Below the pieces are notes generated by a model. That model searched no databases. It saw only the letters and a program-made list of their open reading frames with translations, and was not told the DNA's origin. This document shows, in pieces, positions 21,095 to 31,866 of a stretch of DNA of 64,000 bases (positions are counted from its first letter, which is position 1; every line of letters starts with the position of its first letter). A program made the translations under genes and the position numbers. Source of the DNA: an uncultured Bacteroidota bacterium. GTDB lineage: Bacteria; Bacteroidota; Bacteroidia; Bacteroidales; VadinHA17. The stretch spans positions 2,504-66,503 of the forward strand of contig CAIMVD010000309.1 of NCBI GenBank assembly GCA_903844815.1. Reading direction: 5' to 3'.

Positions 21095-22138
21095 ATGAGT
21101 GAGACAGATATTGTATCGGAAGGATACAGGGAATTATTCGGTAAGAAAGATTTTGAAATAATCGCATTACCAAAATCAGGCTCCGACAGGCGGTATTTCA
21201 GGATCTTAACCGGGTCAGAAACCGTAATTGGCGCCTTCAATGCGAATCCGGAGGAAAATGCAGCTTTCATAGGATTTACAGCACACTTCAGGAACAAATC
21301 ACTCCCTGTTCCGGAGATCTATGGGTATCTGCCTGAGAAGAATGTTTATTTTCTAGGAGACCTGGGAGATATTAATTTATATACATGGCTGCATAGCAGG
21401 CCGGGCATTTCGGATTTTGACAATGAAACTAAGAATCTTTACAGGAAAATCCTCGATAAGCTGATTATTTTCCAGACAAAGGGGATTGAAGGACTTGACC
21501 TTAGCCTGTGTTATCCGCACAGAAGTTTTGATCGCCAGTCGATGATGTGGGATATGAATTATTTCAAATACATGCTCCTTAAACTGCTGGCTGTTCCTTT
21601 CAATGAAAGGCAGCTGGAACATGATTTCAACTCTCTGTGCGATTACCTTCTCGAAACCGGCCAGGATTATTTCCTTTACAGGGATTTTCAAACTGCAAAC
21701 ATAATGATAGTGGGAGAGGAACCCTGGTTCATCGACTATCAGGGCGGCAGGAAAGGCGCTCCGCAATATGATGTCGCTTCCCTTTTGTACGACGCCAAAA
21801 TTCCAATGAGCGACATAAACCGTGAAGAGCTTCTTGAATATTATGTCGCCAGGTTTTGCGCTATTTCAGGCGAGGATGTTAATAAGTTCAGGGGATTTTA
21901 TTCCGGGTTCAGCATGATAAGAATTATGCAGGCTTTGGGTGCTTTTGGCTTTCGGGGCCTTTATGAACAAAAGCCTACTTTCACCGAAAGTATTGTTCCG
22001 GGGGTCATAATTCTTAATAAAATCGCTGAATCGGCTGAAGGCCATGTGGCTCTTCCGGAACTCTTTCGTACCATCAGTGCGATTCCTGTATGCCCCAAAT
22101 TTCAAGTATTACTTTCTCAAACCGGCAAAGTGAAATAG
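21095..22138 (+). CDS. APH-family phosphotransferase, likely anomeric MurNAc/GlcNAc kinase (AmgK-like)
   Basis: GSDRRYFR, YRDFQTANIM, IDYQG, YDVASLL; followed by a nucleotidyltransferase. Confidence 0.82.
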   Translation: MSETDIVSEGYRELFGKKDFEIIALPKSGSDRRYFRILTGSETVIGAFNANPEENAAFIGFTAHFRNKSLPVPEIYGYLPEKNVYFLGDLGDINLYTWLHSRPGISDFDNETKNLYRKILDKLIIFQTKGIEGLDLSLCYPHRSFDRQSMMWDMNYFKYMLLKLLAVPFNERQLEHDFNSLCDYLLETGQDYFLYRDFQTANIMIVGEEPWFIDYQGGRKGAPQYDVASLLYDAKIPMSDINREELLEYYVARFCAISGEDVNKFRGFYSGFSMIRIMQALGAFGFRGLYEQKPTFTESIVPGVIILNKIAESAEGHVALPELFRTISAIPVCPKFQVLLSQTGKVK

Positions 22139-22147
22139 CATAATCTG

Positions 22148-22858
22148 ATGAAAGCAATGATACTTTCGGCGGGGAAGGGTACAAGGCTTGGAAAGATAAC
22201 CGAATCCATTCCTAAGGCTCTTGTTGATATAAACGGAAAATCCGCGCTACAGATAGCCGCTGAGAAATGTACGGCTTTCGGATTTGATGACATTATAATA
22301 AATGTTCATCATTTTGCAGGGATGGTAGAGGAGGAGGTGAGAAGGCTTAATTCCGCAGGATTGAGGATTACCGTGTCAGATGAACGTGAAGAGCTTCTTG
22401 AAACAGGCGGAGGCCTTTTCAAGGCGAAAGATTTCTTCGGGAAAGATCCATTTCTACTCTATAACGTTGATATAATATCGGATATTGACCTGTCAGAAAT
22501 GCACAGGTTTCATCTTGAAAAGGGTGGGCTTGCCACTCTCGCTGTACGAAACAGGCCGGGGAACAGGTACTTTCTTGTCGATGATGCCGGCTTACTTAGG
22601 GGCTGGGAAAATATATCAACAGGTGAGAAAATTATTTCAGGCCTGGTATCCGATAAGCTGACAAGGATAGCATTCCTTGGGATTCATATTATCGATCCTG
22701 AAATATTTAATTATATGAGCCCGGGGATTTATTCTATGACTAAGCTCTATCTTGAGCTTGCGGCGGAACATAAGATTTATACTTACCTTAATGACAACGG
22801 ACTCTGGTGCGATATAGGCAGCCCGGAAAACCTTGAATACATCAGAAAAATATTATAG
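22148..22858 (+). CDS. sugar-1-phosphate nucleotidyltransferase, likely MurU-like
   Basis: MKAMILSAGKGTRL...PKAL, LETGGGL, WCDIGSP. Confidence 0.85.
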   Translation: MKAMILSAGKGTRLGKITESIPKALVDINGKSALQIAAEKCTAFGFDDIIINVHHFAGMVEEEVRRLNSAGLRITVSDEREELLETGGGLFKAKDFFGKDPFLLYNVDIISDIDLSEMHRFHLEKGGLATLAVRNRPGNRYFLVDDAGLLRGWENISTGEKIISGLVSDKLTRIAFLGIHIIDPEIFNYMSPGIYSMTKLYLELAAEHKIYTYLNDNGLWCDIGSPENLEYIRKIL

Positions 22859-24298
22859 TCTCCAGAAGCTGTTTGTAAAAATTGTAAAAACCGTGATAAT
22901 CTCAAGTCTGCCTAAGATCATCAGGAGACTTAATATTATCTTACTAAGTTCAGGAAGATGGCCAAAGTTACAAAGCGGACCAACCGTGCCAAGCCCGGGG
23001 CCAATTCCAGCCATGCATGTTGCTACTGAAGTTGATGCAGTAATGGGATCTACCCCTGTCATTACTATAAAGATGGTACCCAGAACAAAGATGAAAAGAT
23101 AGAGGACAACGAAGGAGATTATCGAAATGTTAGTTGTTTCTCCGAGGACTTTGCCATTAAGCCTTATTATTGAGATTGATTTGGGATGATTCAGCCTTAA
23201 AAATGCATTTTTTATATTCTTCAGTACTATAAGGTGCCGTGCCATCCTTATCCCACCACTCGATGAACCAGTACTTCCTCCCGAAAACATCAGTAGAAAA
23301 AGCAACAGGGTTCCTGCAGTAGTCCATAAGCCGAAATTAGTTGAGTAATAGCCGGTAGAGCTCATAATTGAAATTACCTGAAAAAACCCGTGCCTGAATG
23401 CTTGTTCAAAGGGATAAGTGGTATTTAAAAGAAGTATAATCGTTGCCAGCGAACCACTAATAATTACTACCGCAGTATAGAAGAACCACTCCTCGTTCTG
23501 CCTGACCTTCTTAATGTTAATCTTAACAAGGTAGTAAAAGGTGACCTGACTGGTACCTGCCAGAAACATGAATAACAATACAACATACTGAGTATATGAG
23601 GAGAAAGATATCAGATTCGTGTTTTTGGTCGAGAATCCGCCAGTAGCAACTGTTCCGAATGAGTGACAGATGCTGTCGAACAGATTCATGTCTCCAAGCT
23701 TAAGCAGTATAATTTCAGCAAGCGTCAGACCCAGATATACAAAAAGAATCCTGAATCCGATGGCATTGGTTTTAGGATGGAATTTTTCAGTTAGCGATGA
23801 TTCGAGATTGAAAAGCTGGTATCCTGAAACCTTAAGAGAGGGAAGTATTAATATCAGCAGGGCAATAATCCCGATTCCTCCGACCCATTGCGTAAGGCTC
23901 CGGTAGAATAATACTGAGTAGGGCAACGATTCAACATCCATTAAAATTGATGATCCCGTTGTCGAAAAACCTGAAGTCGATTCAAAAAATGCATTAATAA
24001 AATCCGGAATTGTAGCGCTGATCAGATAAGGAAGTGTTCCGAGCAAGGAAAAGACCAGCCAGGCAATAGTCACCGAAAGATAACCGTCCCGGTTATTAAA
24101 CTTCGTAAAATCAGCTTTTCTTGATATAAGATAAAATATGCCAGATAACAGTATTGTTATGCCTGCCGAAAGCAGAAACGGGGAATACGGCTCATTATAT
24201 ATTAACGAAACAGGTAAACACAGGAGAAATGTAAATGTCTCAATCAGAAGAATGGTGCTCAGTATCCTTAAAATCAGCAACGGGTTGATCAGCTTCAT
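22853..24298 (-). CDS. trkH: Trk potassium uptake membrane protein
   Basis: FESTSGFSTTG, VATGGFS, GSTGSSSGG, GPGLG, GRLEI; -7 box TATATTTG at 24323-24330. Confidence 0.93.
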   Translation of the reverse strand: MKLINPLLILRILSTILLIETFTFLLCLPVSLIYNEPYSPFLLSAGITILLSGIFYLISRKADFTKFNNRDGYLSVTIAWLVFSLLGTLPYLISATIPDFINAFFESTSGFSTTGSSILMDVESLPYSVLFYRSLTQWVGGIGIIALLILILPSLKVSGYQLFNLESSLTEKFHPKTNAIGFRILFVYLGLTLAEIILLKLGDMNLFDSICHSFGTVATGGFSTKNTNLISFSSYTQYVVLLFMFLAGTSQVTFYYLVKINIKKVRQNEEWFFYTAVVIISGSLATIILLLNTTYPFEQAFRHGFFQVISIMSSTGYYSTNFGLWTTAGTLLLFLLMFSGGSTGSSSGGIRMARHLIVLKNIKNAFLRLNHPKSISIIRLNGKVLGETTNISIISFVVLYLFIFVLGTIFIVMTGVDPITASTSVATCMAGIGPGLGTVGPLCNFGHLPELSKIILSLLMILGRLEIITVFTIFTNSFWRL

Positions 24299-24526
24299 GG
24301 GGATCGGGAAAAGTTCAGAATGCAAATATAATCAGAATTAGTTGTCCTGCGATCTACATTAACAAGAAGCCTTGTATTATGATTTTGTGTGAATAAAGTA
24401 CATTGATTGGTCATTTTTATGTTTTATATTTGGGTCACTTTTAGTATTGATAGTGCGGTGCACACGGGGAGAAGAGATGTTATCGCATTAGCTTGCAGAA
24501 TTAATAAATTTAAAAATATTCTAACT

Positions 24527-25720
24527 ATGGGAAAAGTATTAGTGATTGGTGCCGGTGGTGTGGGAACTGTTGTAGTTCACAAGATGGCATCATTACCAGG
24601 TGTTTTCACTGAGATTATGCTGGCAAGCCGGACAAAAGCGAAATGCGATGCAATCGCTGCAAAGATTGGCGGCGGACGGGTTCAGACTGCACAGGTCGAT
24701 GCCGATGATGTGCCGCAACTCGTTAAGCTTATCAGAACCTTCAATCCTGATATAGTTGTGAATGTCGCACTTCCCTACCAGGATCTTCATATCATGGACG
24801 CTTGTCTCGAAACAGGCGTTGCTTATCTCGATACTGCAAATTATGAGCCGCTTGATGAAGCCAAGTATGAATATAGCTGGCAGTGGGCTTACATTGACAG
24901 GTTCAAAAAAGCAGGACTTACAGCCATCCTCGGTTGCGGGTTTGATCCGGGAGTTACATCAGTTTATACAGCCTATGCAGCCAAACATCACTTTGATGAA
25001 TTGCATTATCTCGACATAGTTGATTGCAATGCAGGAGACCACGGAAAACCTTTTGCCACAAACTTCAATCCTGAGATTAATATCCGGGAGGTTACGCAGA
25101 ATGGCAAATACTGGGAAGATGGTAAGTGGATTACAACAAAACCCCACGAGATTCACCGGCCTGTCAATTATCCGAATATCGGGCCTAAGGAATCTTATGT
25201 CATTTATCATGAGGAACTTGAGTCGCTCGTAAAGAATTATCCGACCCTTAAAAGAGCAAGGTTCTGGATGACGTTTGGGCAGGAGTACCTTACCCACCTT
25301 CGCGTAATACAGAATATAGGTATGGCAGGTATTATACCTATCATGTACGAGGGCAGGGAGATTGTCCCTATACAGTTCCTGAAAGCTGTTCTGCCCAATC
25401 CGGGTGACCTTGGCGAGAATTACACGGGTCAGACATCAATTGGCTGCCGGATAAGAGGACTTAAGGATGGGAAAGAAAAAACCTACTACGTGTTCAATAA
25501 TTGCAGTCATGAAGCTGCCTATGCAGAAACCGGAACCCAGGGTGTGAGCTATACAACCGGAGTGCCGGCAGCCATCGGAGCAATGATGTACCTGCAGGGA
25601 CTATGGAAGAAACCGGGTGTATTCAATGTTGAAGAATTTGATCCTGATCCCTTCATGGCTGAACTAAATAAACTGGGATTGCCATGGGTGGAACAGCATA
25701 ACGTCGACATTGAACTTTAA
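24527..25720 (+). CDS. saccharopine dehydrogenase family, carboxy(nor)spermidine dehydrogenase
   Basis: GAGGVG Rossmann motif, YLDTANYE, GFDPG, TNFNPEINIRE; upstream of nspC; start at MGKVLV. Confidence 0.92.
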   Translation: MGKVLVIGAGGVGTVVVHKMASLPGVFTEIMLASRTKAKCDAIAAKIGGGRVQTAQVDADDVPQLVKLIRTFNPDIVVNVALPYQDLHIMDACLETGVAYLDTANYEPLDEAKYEYSWQWAYIDRFKKAGLTAILGCGFDPGVTSVYTAYAAKHHFDELHYLDIVDCNAGDHGKPFATNFNPEINIREVTQNGKYWEDGKWITTKPHEIHRPVNYPNIGPKESYVIYHEELESLVKNYPTLKRARFWMTFGQEYLTHLRVIQNIGMAGIIPIMYEGREIVPIQFLKAVLPNPGDLGENYTGQTSIGCRIRGLKDGKEKTYYVFNNCSHEAAYAETGTQGVSYTTGVPAAIGAMMYLQGLWKKPGVFNVEEFDPDPFMAELNKLGLPWVEQHNVDIEL

Positions 25721-25767
25721 CCAGTCTGGTTGTTAAATCCTGATATTTAAAATTTAAGTTATTTACT

Positions 25768-26907
25768 TTGAAAATTGACTACAGCAAAATACCCTCTCCC
25801 TGTTATGTAATTGACGAGGAGCGTTTCAGGGGGAACCTTTCTCTTATTAAAAGCGTATCGGATCAGTCGGGAGCCGAGATAATCCTGGCTTTCAAGGGAT
25901 TCGCCATGTGGGGAGTATTCCCGATACTCAGGGAATATGTATCAGGAGCGGCGGCCAGCTCCCTCGATGAGGCCCGGCTTTGTTTTGAGGATATCGGTTC
26001 ACCTGCCCATACCTATTCGCCTGTTTATAAGGAAAATGACTTTCTCCCAATCGTCAGGTACAGCTCGCATATCACATTTAACTCGATCAATCAGTACAGA
26101 AAGTACGCTTCCGAGCTAAGAAAGTACCCGGGAGATATTTCAGCAGGACTGAGGATAAATCCTGAGTTTTCAGAAGTAAGTCACGGCATCTATAATCCCT
26201 GCTCACCGGGTTCGCGTCTTGGCGTTACTGCAGCTGAACTCGGCGACGGTCTTCCTGAAGGTATAGAGGGACTTCATTTTCATGTGCTGTTCGAGTCCGA
26301 TTCTTTTGCACTGGAAAAAGTTCTTGATATTGTTGAAGCCAGATTCGGACATCTGTTCCCCTCGCTTAAGTGGATCAACATGGGAGGAGGGCATCTCATG
26401 ACTAAAAAAGGATATGATACCGATCACCTCGTAAAAATAATAAGAAGGTTCAGGGAAAAGTCGGGACTCCATGTGATTCTTGAACCGGGAAGTGCATTTG
26501 CCTGGGAAACAGGTGAACTGGTTTCAACCGTCGAAGATATTGTTGAAAACAGCGGTATTAAGACAGCCATTGCCGACATCTCTTTCACTGCACATATGCC
26601 CGACTGTCTTGAAATGCCATATAAACCGAAAATACTCGGGGCATCTGATCCTGTTCCCGGACTGCCCACCTACAGGATCGGAGGCAATTCCTGCCTTTCC
26701 GGCGATGTAATGGGCGACTGGTCGTTCGAAACCGAACTGAAACCAGGAGACAGACTCATTTTCCTCGATATGATCCACTACACAATGGTTAAAACCTCCA
26801 CCTTCAATGGCGTTCATCATCCGTCTATCGGGTTATGGACCCTTGATGGCAAATTCAGGCTTCTGAAGGAATTTGGTTACGAGGACTATAGAAACAGATT
26901 ATCATAA
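25768..26907 (+). CDS. nspC: carboxynorspermidine decarboxylase
   Basis: LAFKGF, YNPCSPGSRLG, NMGGGH, HMPDCLEMPY, HYTMVKTSTFNG. Confidence 0.95.
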   Translation: MKIDYSKIPSPCYVIDEERFRGNLSLIKSVSDQSGAEIILAFKGFAMWGVFPILREYVSGAAASSLDEARLCFEDIGSPAHTYSPVYKENDFLPIVRYSSHITFNSINQYRKYASELRKYPGDISAGLRINPEFSEVSHGIYNPCSPGSRLGVTAAELGDGLPEGIEGLHFHVLFESDSFALEKVLDIVEARFGHLFPSLKWINMGGGHLMTKKGYDTDHLVKIIRRFREKSGLHVILEPGSAFAWETGELVSTVEDIVENSGIKTAIADISFTAHMPDCLEMPYKPKILGASDPVPGLPTYRIGGNSCLSGDVMGDWSFETELKPGDRLIFLDMIHYTMVKTSTFNGVHHPSIGLWTLDGKFRLLKEFGYEDYRNRLS

Positions 26908-26968
26908 GAATTAAGTTTTTTTCCTTTCTCGCGAAGACGCAAGTTGAAATTTTCCTGATGACTGATTT

Positions 26969-27065
26969 CCTCTGTGTAACTCTGTGCTTCTCTGTGTCCC
27001 TCTGTGAAATTTAAAAATTAAGAACTTACACAGAGATCACAAAGCTACACAGAGTTCCACAGAGG
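26969..27065. repeat. inverted array of CTCTGTG / CACAGAG 10-bp-period units
   Basis: Four ctctgtg units followed by four inverted caca(g/a)ag units between convergent genes. Confidence 0.8.
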
Positions 27066-27161
27066 TCGTCTGAGTTACACTATTGTCTACCTAGACATAA
27101 ATCGCTATATCCGAAAAAAGGACTTTGAGATCTGTGTTTAAAATACAATGAGTAAAAAGTA

Positions 27162-27863
27162 CTATTTTCTGTTTATTGTAATATCCGTTACAAGTAGTCT
27201 CGCATCGCCTTTTACTGCATTAACGATTTTCAATGCCACTTCAGCCGGATCCATAAAGTTAGTTAAGTCACGCGATTTATCAACTATACTCCAGAAGTCT
27301 GTTCTCATGCCTCCCGGATATACTGCTATGATATTCTTTTTTGTGCCCTTGTATTCAGTCCTGAGAGCCTCCGTGTACCCTCTGGCACCCCATTTGGCAG
27401 CACAATATATCGTCTCGTCAGCTCTTCCAATCAGTGAAGAAGTCGACATTATGTTGATTATTGTAAGTTCATCTTTGTCGGGGGTGATTCTCAGAATTTC
27501 TGTTGTCAGCAGTATCATCCCCTTAAGATTGGCCTCGAAGATATTTTCAATCAATTGTGCTGTTGTATTTTTTGCTGCTGAAGACAGACCTTGTCCGGCA
27601 TTGTTGAAAAGATAATCGACTTCATAATCGTTTTCTTCAATGAAGGCCCCGGTATGTTTTATGTCATTCTCATCACCGATATTGCATACAAGCGATTCAG
27701 TTTTTCCGCTGTTGGATGATTTGACAAGCCTTGACATGGCCATCCCAAGTTTCTCCTTGTTTCTGCCCAGGATAAGCACATTATTTCCTGATTTGACAAG
27801 AAGATCGGCAATTTCGAGACCAAGACCGCTGCTGCCTCCACTGATTACAGTTAACTTTTTCAT
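27162..27863 (-). CDS. short-chain dehydrogenase/reductase
   Basis: SGGSSGLG, NNAG, YCAAK (YxxxK), PGGMRT. Confidence 0.92.
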   Translation of the reverse strand: MKKLTVISGGSSGLGLEIADLLVKSGNNVLILGRNKEKLGMAMSRLVKSSNSGKTESLVCNIGDENDIKHTGAFIEENDYEVDYLFNNAGQGLSSAAKNTTAQLIENIFEANLKGMILLTTEILRITPDKDELTIINIMSTSSLIGRADETIYCAAKWGARGYTEALRTEYKGTKKNIIAVYPGGMRTDFWSIVDKSRDLTNFMDPAEVALKIVNAVKGDARLLVTDITINRK

Positions 27864-27969
27864 CTCATGTTTTTTCAAATATATTGATTATTGCATAACC
27901 ATTCCTAAAATTTACTTTTATAAAGAAAAGTATCTTGCTTTTCGTAATTTTACGGCTCAAATTCTGATT

Positions 27970-28938
27970 ATGCATAGAAGCAGGACTAAGACCTGGGCAC
28001 ATCTTTCACTTTTGGCTGCCAACATTATTTACGGACTGAATTATTCTATAGCCAAAGCGGTTATGCCCGAATCAATTAAGCCCTTCGCCCTTGTTTCATT
28101 CAGAAGCGCATGTACGGCTTCATTATTCTGGATTACAAGTCTTTTCATGCGTAAAGATCCGGTAGTGGGAAAGTATCTTTTATATCTTTTCGCCTGTTCT
28201 TTCTTCGGAGTTGTCATAAATCAGACATTGTTTCTTTTAGGGCTAAGCATGACTTCACCCATTAACTCTTCAATTCTCCTGTCAACTAACCCTATATTTG
28301 CCTTTGTCTTTGCCGCCATTATACTTAAGGAGAAGATAACCATTCTCAGAGGTTTTGGGCTTACCCTTGGATTCATTGGAGTGTTAATACTGATTTTACA
28401 GAACGGAACTCCGGATATGGCAAGTACCACTTTTCTGGGCGATATGTTCACACTGGTCAATACAATCAGCTGGGCTTTTTATACAGTTATAATAAAGAGA
28501 ATGCTTGATAAATACCATCCGGTAACGGTTATGAAATGGACTTTCCTGTTCGGACTGCTGACAAACATACCGGTCGGTTATCATCAGTGGAGCAAAATGG
28601 ATTGGTCGGCAATATCCCTGAATGGCTGGCTTGGAATCGGTTTTGTTGTCGTTTTTGCCACCTTCCTGGGCTACCTGCTTATTATTTTTGGATTAAGAAG
28701 GCTTAGCCCGACTATAGTCAGTACCTATACTTATACTCAACCAATTATTGCTGCTTATGTTGCTTCATTTCTGGGTCAGGACCATATAGATCTGGTGATG
28801 ATTTTGTCTGCCCTGCTGATTTTTTCAGGCGTATTTGTAGTAAGCTTTCAAAAACAGTCTGAAACCATGAATATTCTAACGCACAAGCTGAAATTCATTG
28901 GATCCCTGTGGAAAAAGGGCGATGAAAATAACCTTTAA
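27970..28938 (+). CDS. DMT/EamA family transporter
   Basis: About ten TM helices in two EamA repeats; start taken at MHRSR. Confidence 0.9.
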   Translation: MHRSRTKTWAHLSLLAANIIYGLNYSIAKAVMPESIKPFALVSFRSACTASLFWITSLFMRKDPVVGKYLLYLFACSFFGVVINQTLFLLGLSMTSPINSSILLSTNPIFAFVFAAIILKEKITILRGFGLTLGFIGVLILILQNGTPDMASTTFLGDMFTLVNTISWAFYTVIIKRMLDKYHPVTVMKWTFLFGLLTNIPVGYHQWSKMDWSAISLNGWLGIGFVVVFATFLGYLLIIFGLRRLSPTIVSTYTYTQPIIAAYVASFLGQDHIDLVMILSALLIFSGVFVVSFQKQSETMNILTHKLKFIGSLWKKGDENNL

Positions 28939-28953
28939 TTAAAGCTGATATTG

Positions 28954-30549
28954 ATGAAAAAATTCTCTTTTCTGTTTCTGCTTTCCATTTTATTCCTGTC
29001 AGGATTCAGCAAAGATGGTTATCCCCGGAATCTTCAGGCAGATGTCATATCTTATCGTTTCTCCCTGGCATTGAACGATTCAACTGATAAAATCAGGGGA
29101 AATGCTCTGATAAAAGTCAGATTTCTGTCATTGGCTTCATCAATTGTTTTAGATCTTAATGGAGTTGGCAGTGGCGGGAAAGGCATGATTGTAACAAATG
29201 TTACAATTTCAGGTACCTCGGTGAAGTGGAAGCATATTGAAGGGAAGCTTGATATTCGAATGAATAAGCCCGCAGCCGCAAATGACACTCTTGAATTCTT
29301 AATTGATTATTCAGGAATTCCTTCTGACGGTCTTATCATATCTAAGAATAAATTCGGAAACCGGACATTTTTTGCGGATCACTGGCCCGACCGGGCTCAT
29401 TGCTATTTGCCATGTATTGATCACCCTTACGACAAGGCAACTGTTGATTTTATAATTACTGCTCCTGACCATTATAAAATTGTAGCCAGCGGAACAGTTG
29501 AAGAAGAATCCGACCTTCCGGGACCGAATACACTCACCCGCTGGTATGAAACTGTTCCCCTCGCCACCAAGGTTATGACCTTCGGTGCAGCCTCTTTCGC
29601 TGTTAAACCTGAAGGTCTGGTTTCGAATGTGCCTGTTTCTACCTGGGTATTTCCTGAAAATATGGTGGAAGGCTTTTCTGATTATTCAGTGGCGGTTAAG
29701 CCAATGGCCTACTATATAGGCACTTTCGGGAACTATCCCTATGAAAAGCTGGCAAATGTTCAGTCGAAGACCATTTATGGAGGCCTGGAGAATGCAGGAA
29801 CAATTTTCTATTCCGAAAACTCCGTAACAGGGAAGAGCATGGCTGAAGGGCTGATCGCCCATGAAATTGCGCATCAATGGTTCGGTGACTGTGTTACGGA
29901 GGCCGACTGGCACCATATTTGGCTCAGCGAAGGTTTTGCCACCTACCTCACTTCCTTGTATTTCGAAGCAGCACAGGGACGAAAAAGACTTGAAAAGGAT
30001 ATGTCTTCTTCGCGTTCAAGAGTTTTGAAATATTATGAAAAGAAACCTGCTCCTGTGATTGATACAACAGTTACAAATCTTATGGAGTTGCTGAATCCCA
30101 ATTCATACCAGAAGGGAGCCTGGGTTCTTCACATGCTCCGTTATGAAATCGGGGATGACAAGTTTTTCAAAGGAATGAGGCTCTATTTTGAGAGGTTCAA
30201 AAATTCAAATGCACTAACAGCCGATTTTCGTAAGGTGATGGAAGAGGTCAGCGGGAAGAACCTTGATATCTTCTTCAGGCAGTGGCTCTATATTGCAGGT
30301 CAGCCGGAACTTAAATTTTCGAAACAGCCCGGTAAGACGAAAAATGAAACAGAAATAATCATTGAACAGAAGCAGGATTATTTATTTAAATTTCCACTCG
30401 AGCTTCTCCTGAAAGATTCTACAGGTGAGAAACATGAAAATATTTTAATCAAAGACAGGGTTACAAGAATCATTGTACGCGATATGACCGACCCGCAAAT
30501 CACTCCTGATCCGAAAATTAACCTGCTGTTTCGGATTGCGGAATTCTGA
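28954..30549 (+). CDS. secreted M1 family aminopeptidase
   Basis: Signal peptide, GGLEN, HEIAH-x18-E zinc motif, YQKGAWVLHML. Confidence 0.93.
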   Translation: MKKFSFLFLLSILFLSGFSKDGYPRNLQADVISYRFSLALNDSTDKIRGNALIKVRFLSLASSIVLDLNGVGSGGKGMIVTNVTISGTSVKWKHIEGKLDIRMNKPAAANDTLEFLIDYSGIPSDGLIISKNKFGNRTFFADHWPDRAHCYLPCIDHPYDKATVDFIITAPDHYKIVASGTVEEESDLPGPNTLTRWYETVPLATKVMTFGAASFAVKPEGLVSNVPVSTWVFPENMVEGFSDYSVAVKPMAYYIGTFGNYPYEKLANVQSKTIYGGLENAGTIFYSENSVTGKSMAEGLIAHEIAHQWFGDCVTEADWHHIWLSEGFATYLTSLYFEAAQGRKRLEKDMSSSRSRVLKYYEKKPAPVIDTTVTNLMELLNPNSYQKGAWVLHMLRYEIGDDKFFKGMRLYFERFKNSNALTADFRKVMEEVSGKNLDIFFRQWLYIAGQPELKFSKQPGKTKNETEIIIEQKQDYLFKFPLELLLKDSTGEKHENILIKDRVTRIIVRDMTDPQITPDPKINLLFRIAEF

Positions 30550-30619
30550 TTGCGGATTTCGGATTTTTGATTGCGGATATTTGGCTCCTGACTTCCGACT
30601 TCGGACTTCGGACTCCCAA

Positions 30620-31819
30620 CTACTTGTCTATCACCCCCGATCCAATAACTTCTTCTCCGTCATAAAACGCCGCGAACTGACCGGGAGTTATTCCCCTTTG
30701 CGGTGAATCGAAAATAATATACAGGCCATTATGGCGATAAAAGAGCCTTGCTTTCTGCAAAGGCTGGCGGTAACGTATCCTGACGAGGTAGTCGCGGCAT
30801 TCTCCGGGCTCCATTTTCAGATCTGTTCTTATCCAGTGAATCTCATCATTCCTTATGAAAAGCCCTTTACGGTTAAGTCCGGGATGAGCATGTCCTTCAC
30901 CTGTATAAACAATATTTTGCTCAACATCGGTTGCAATGACGAATAAAGGTTCTTTATATCCTCCGACATTCATTCCTTTCCGCTGACCGATTGTGAAGAA
31001 GTGAGCCCCATTATGCTCTCCTACAACTTTTCCAAAGGCAGGCTGGTATTTAAAGGGTTCCGCGAGAGAGCTTAGCATTTCATCGGATGCTTGAGCGGAA
31101 GGCAGACCTTCGTTTAGCTCAGGGTAAAGCGTAAAATCCTTTATTTCAATAATATTACCCTTTTTTGCTTCAAGTTTTTGCTGAAGAAAGGTTGGAAGAT
31201 GCACTTTCCCCACGAAACAAATACCCTGCGAATCTTTACGGGTAGCTGTGGCAAGTCCCAGTTTCTCCGCAATCGTCCTTACCTCAGGTTTTCTCAGTCC
31301 TCCAATGGGAAAGAGCGCTGTTGACAGCTGTTTCTGGCTAACCTGGCAAAGGAAATAACTCTGGTCCTTGTTATCATCCACCCCTGAAAGGAGTCTGTAA
31401 TAAGTTGTATCACCCTTACTGATTTCCGCTTTCCTGCAATAATGACCGGTAGCAACATAATCGCCTCCAAGCCGTCGGGCTTCCTCCGCGAATGAATCGA
31501 ATTTTATCTCCCTGTTGCACAACACGTCGGGATTGGGTGTTCTTCCCTTCCCGTATTCCGAAAACATGTAATCGACCACCCTCTGACGATATGGACCACT
31601 GAGGTCAACCTGGTGAAAGGGTATCTCAAGTTTTTTGGCAACCATTTCAGCAAACATAATATCATCCTCCCAGTGACAGTCGCTCTGGAGCAAACCCGTT
31701 GTATCGTGCCAGTTCTTCATGAACAAGCCGGTTACTTCATATCCTTCTTCCTTAAGAATCCAGGCCGCGACGCTTGAGTCAACGCCTCCCGATAAACCTA
31801 CTACCACCTTTTTTTTCAC
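30620..31819 (-). CDS. mnmA: tRNA 2-thiouridylase
   Basis: [37 protein letters not shown]; GTG start. Confidence 0.97.
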   Translation of the reverse strand: MKKKVVVGLSGGVDSSVAAWILKEEGYEVTGLFMKNWHDTTGLLQSDCHWEDDIMFAEMVAKKLEIPFHQVDLSGPYRQRVVDYMFSEYGKGRTPNPDVLCNREIKFDSFAEEARRLGGDYVATGHYCRKAEISKGDTTYYRLLSGVDDNKDQSYFLCQVSQKQLSTALFPIGGLRKPEVRTIAEKLGLATATRKDSQGICFVGKVHLPTFLQQKLEAKKGNIIEIKDFTLYPELNEGLPSAQASDEMLSSLAEPFKYQPAFGKVVGEHNGAHFFTIGQRKGMNVGGYKEPLFVIATDVEQNIVYTGEGHAHPGLNRKGLFIRNDEIHWIRTDLKMEPGECRDYLVRIRYRQPLQKARLFYRHNGLYIIFDSPQRGITPGQFAAFYDGEEVIGSGVIDK

Positions 31820-31866
31820 AGCCCAAAGTTAAGGAAAAAGCAATAAAAACGATACCTTTAAACTCT

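Noticed and set aside
27148-27969. 155-aa plus-strand ORF and long N-terminal extension of the DMT transporter
   Set aside because: Antisense shadows of the SDR gene; the likely DMT start is ATG 27970. Similar upstream extensions of addA, murQ, trkH and the dehydrogenase were trimmed.
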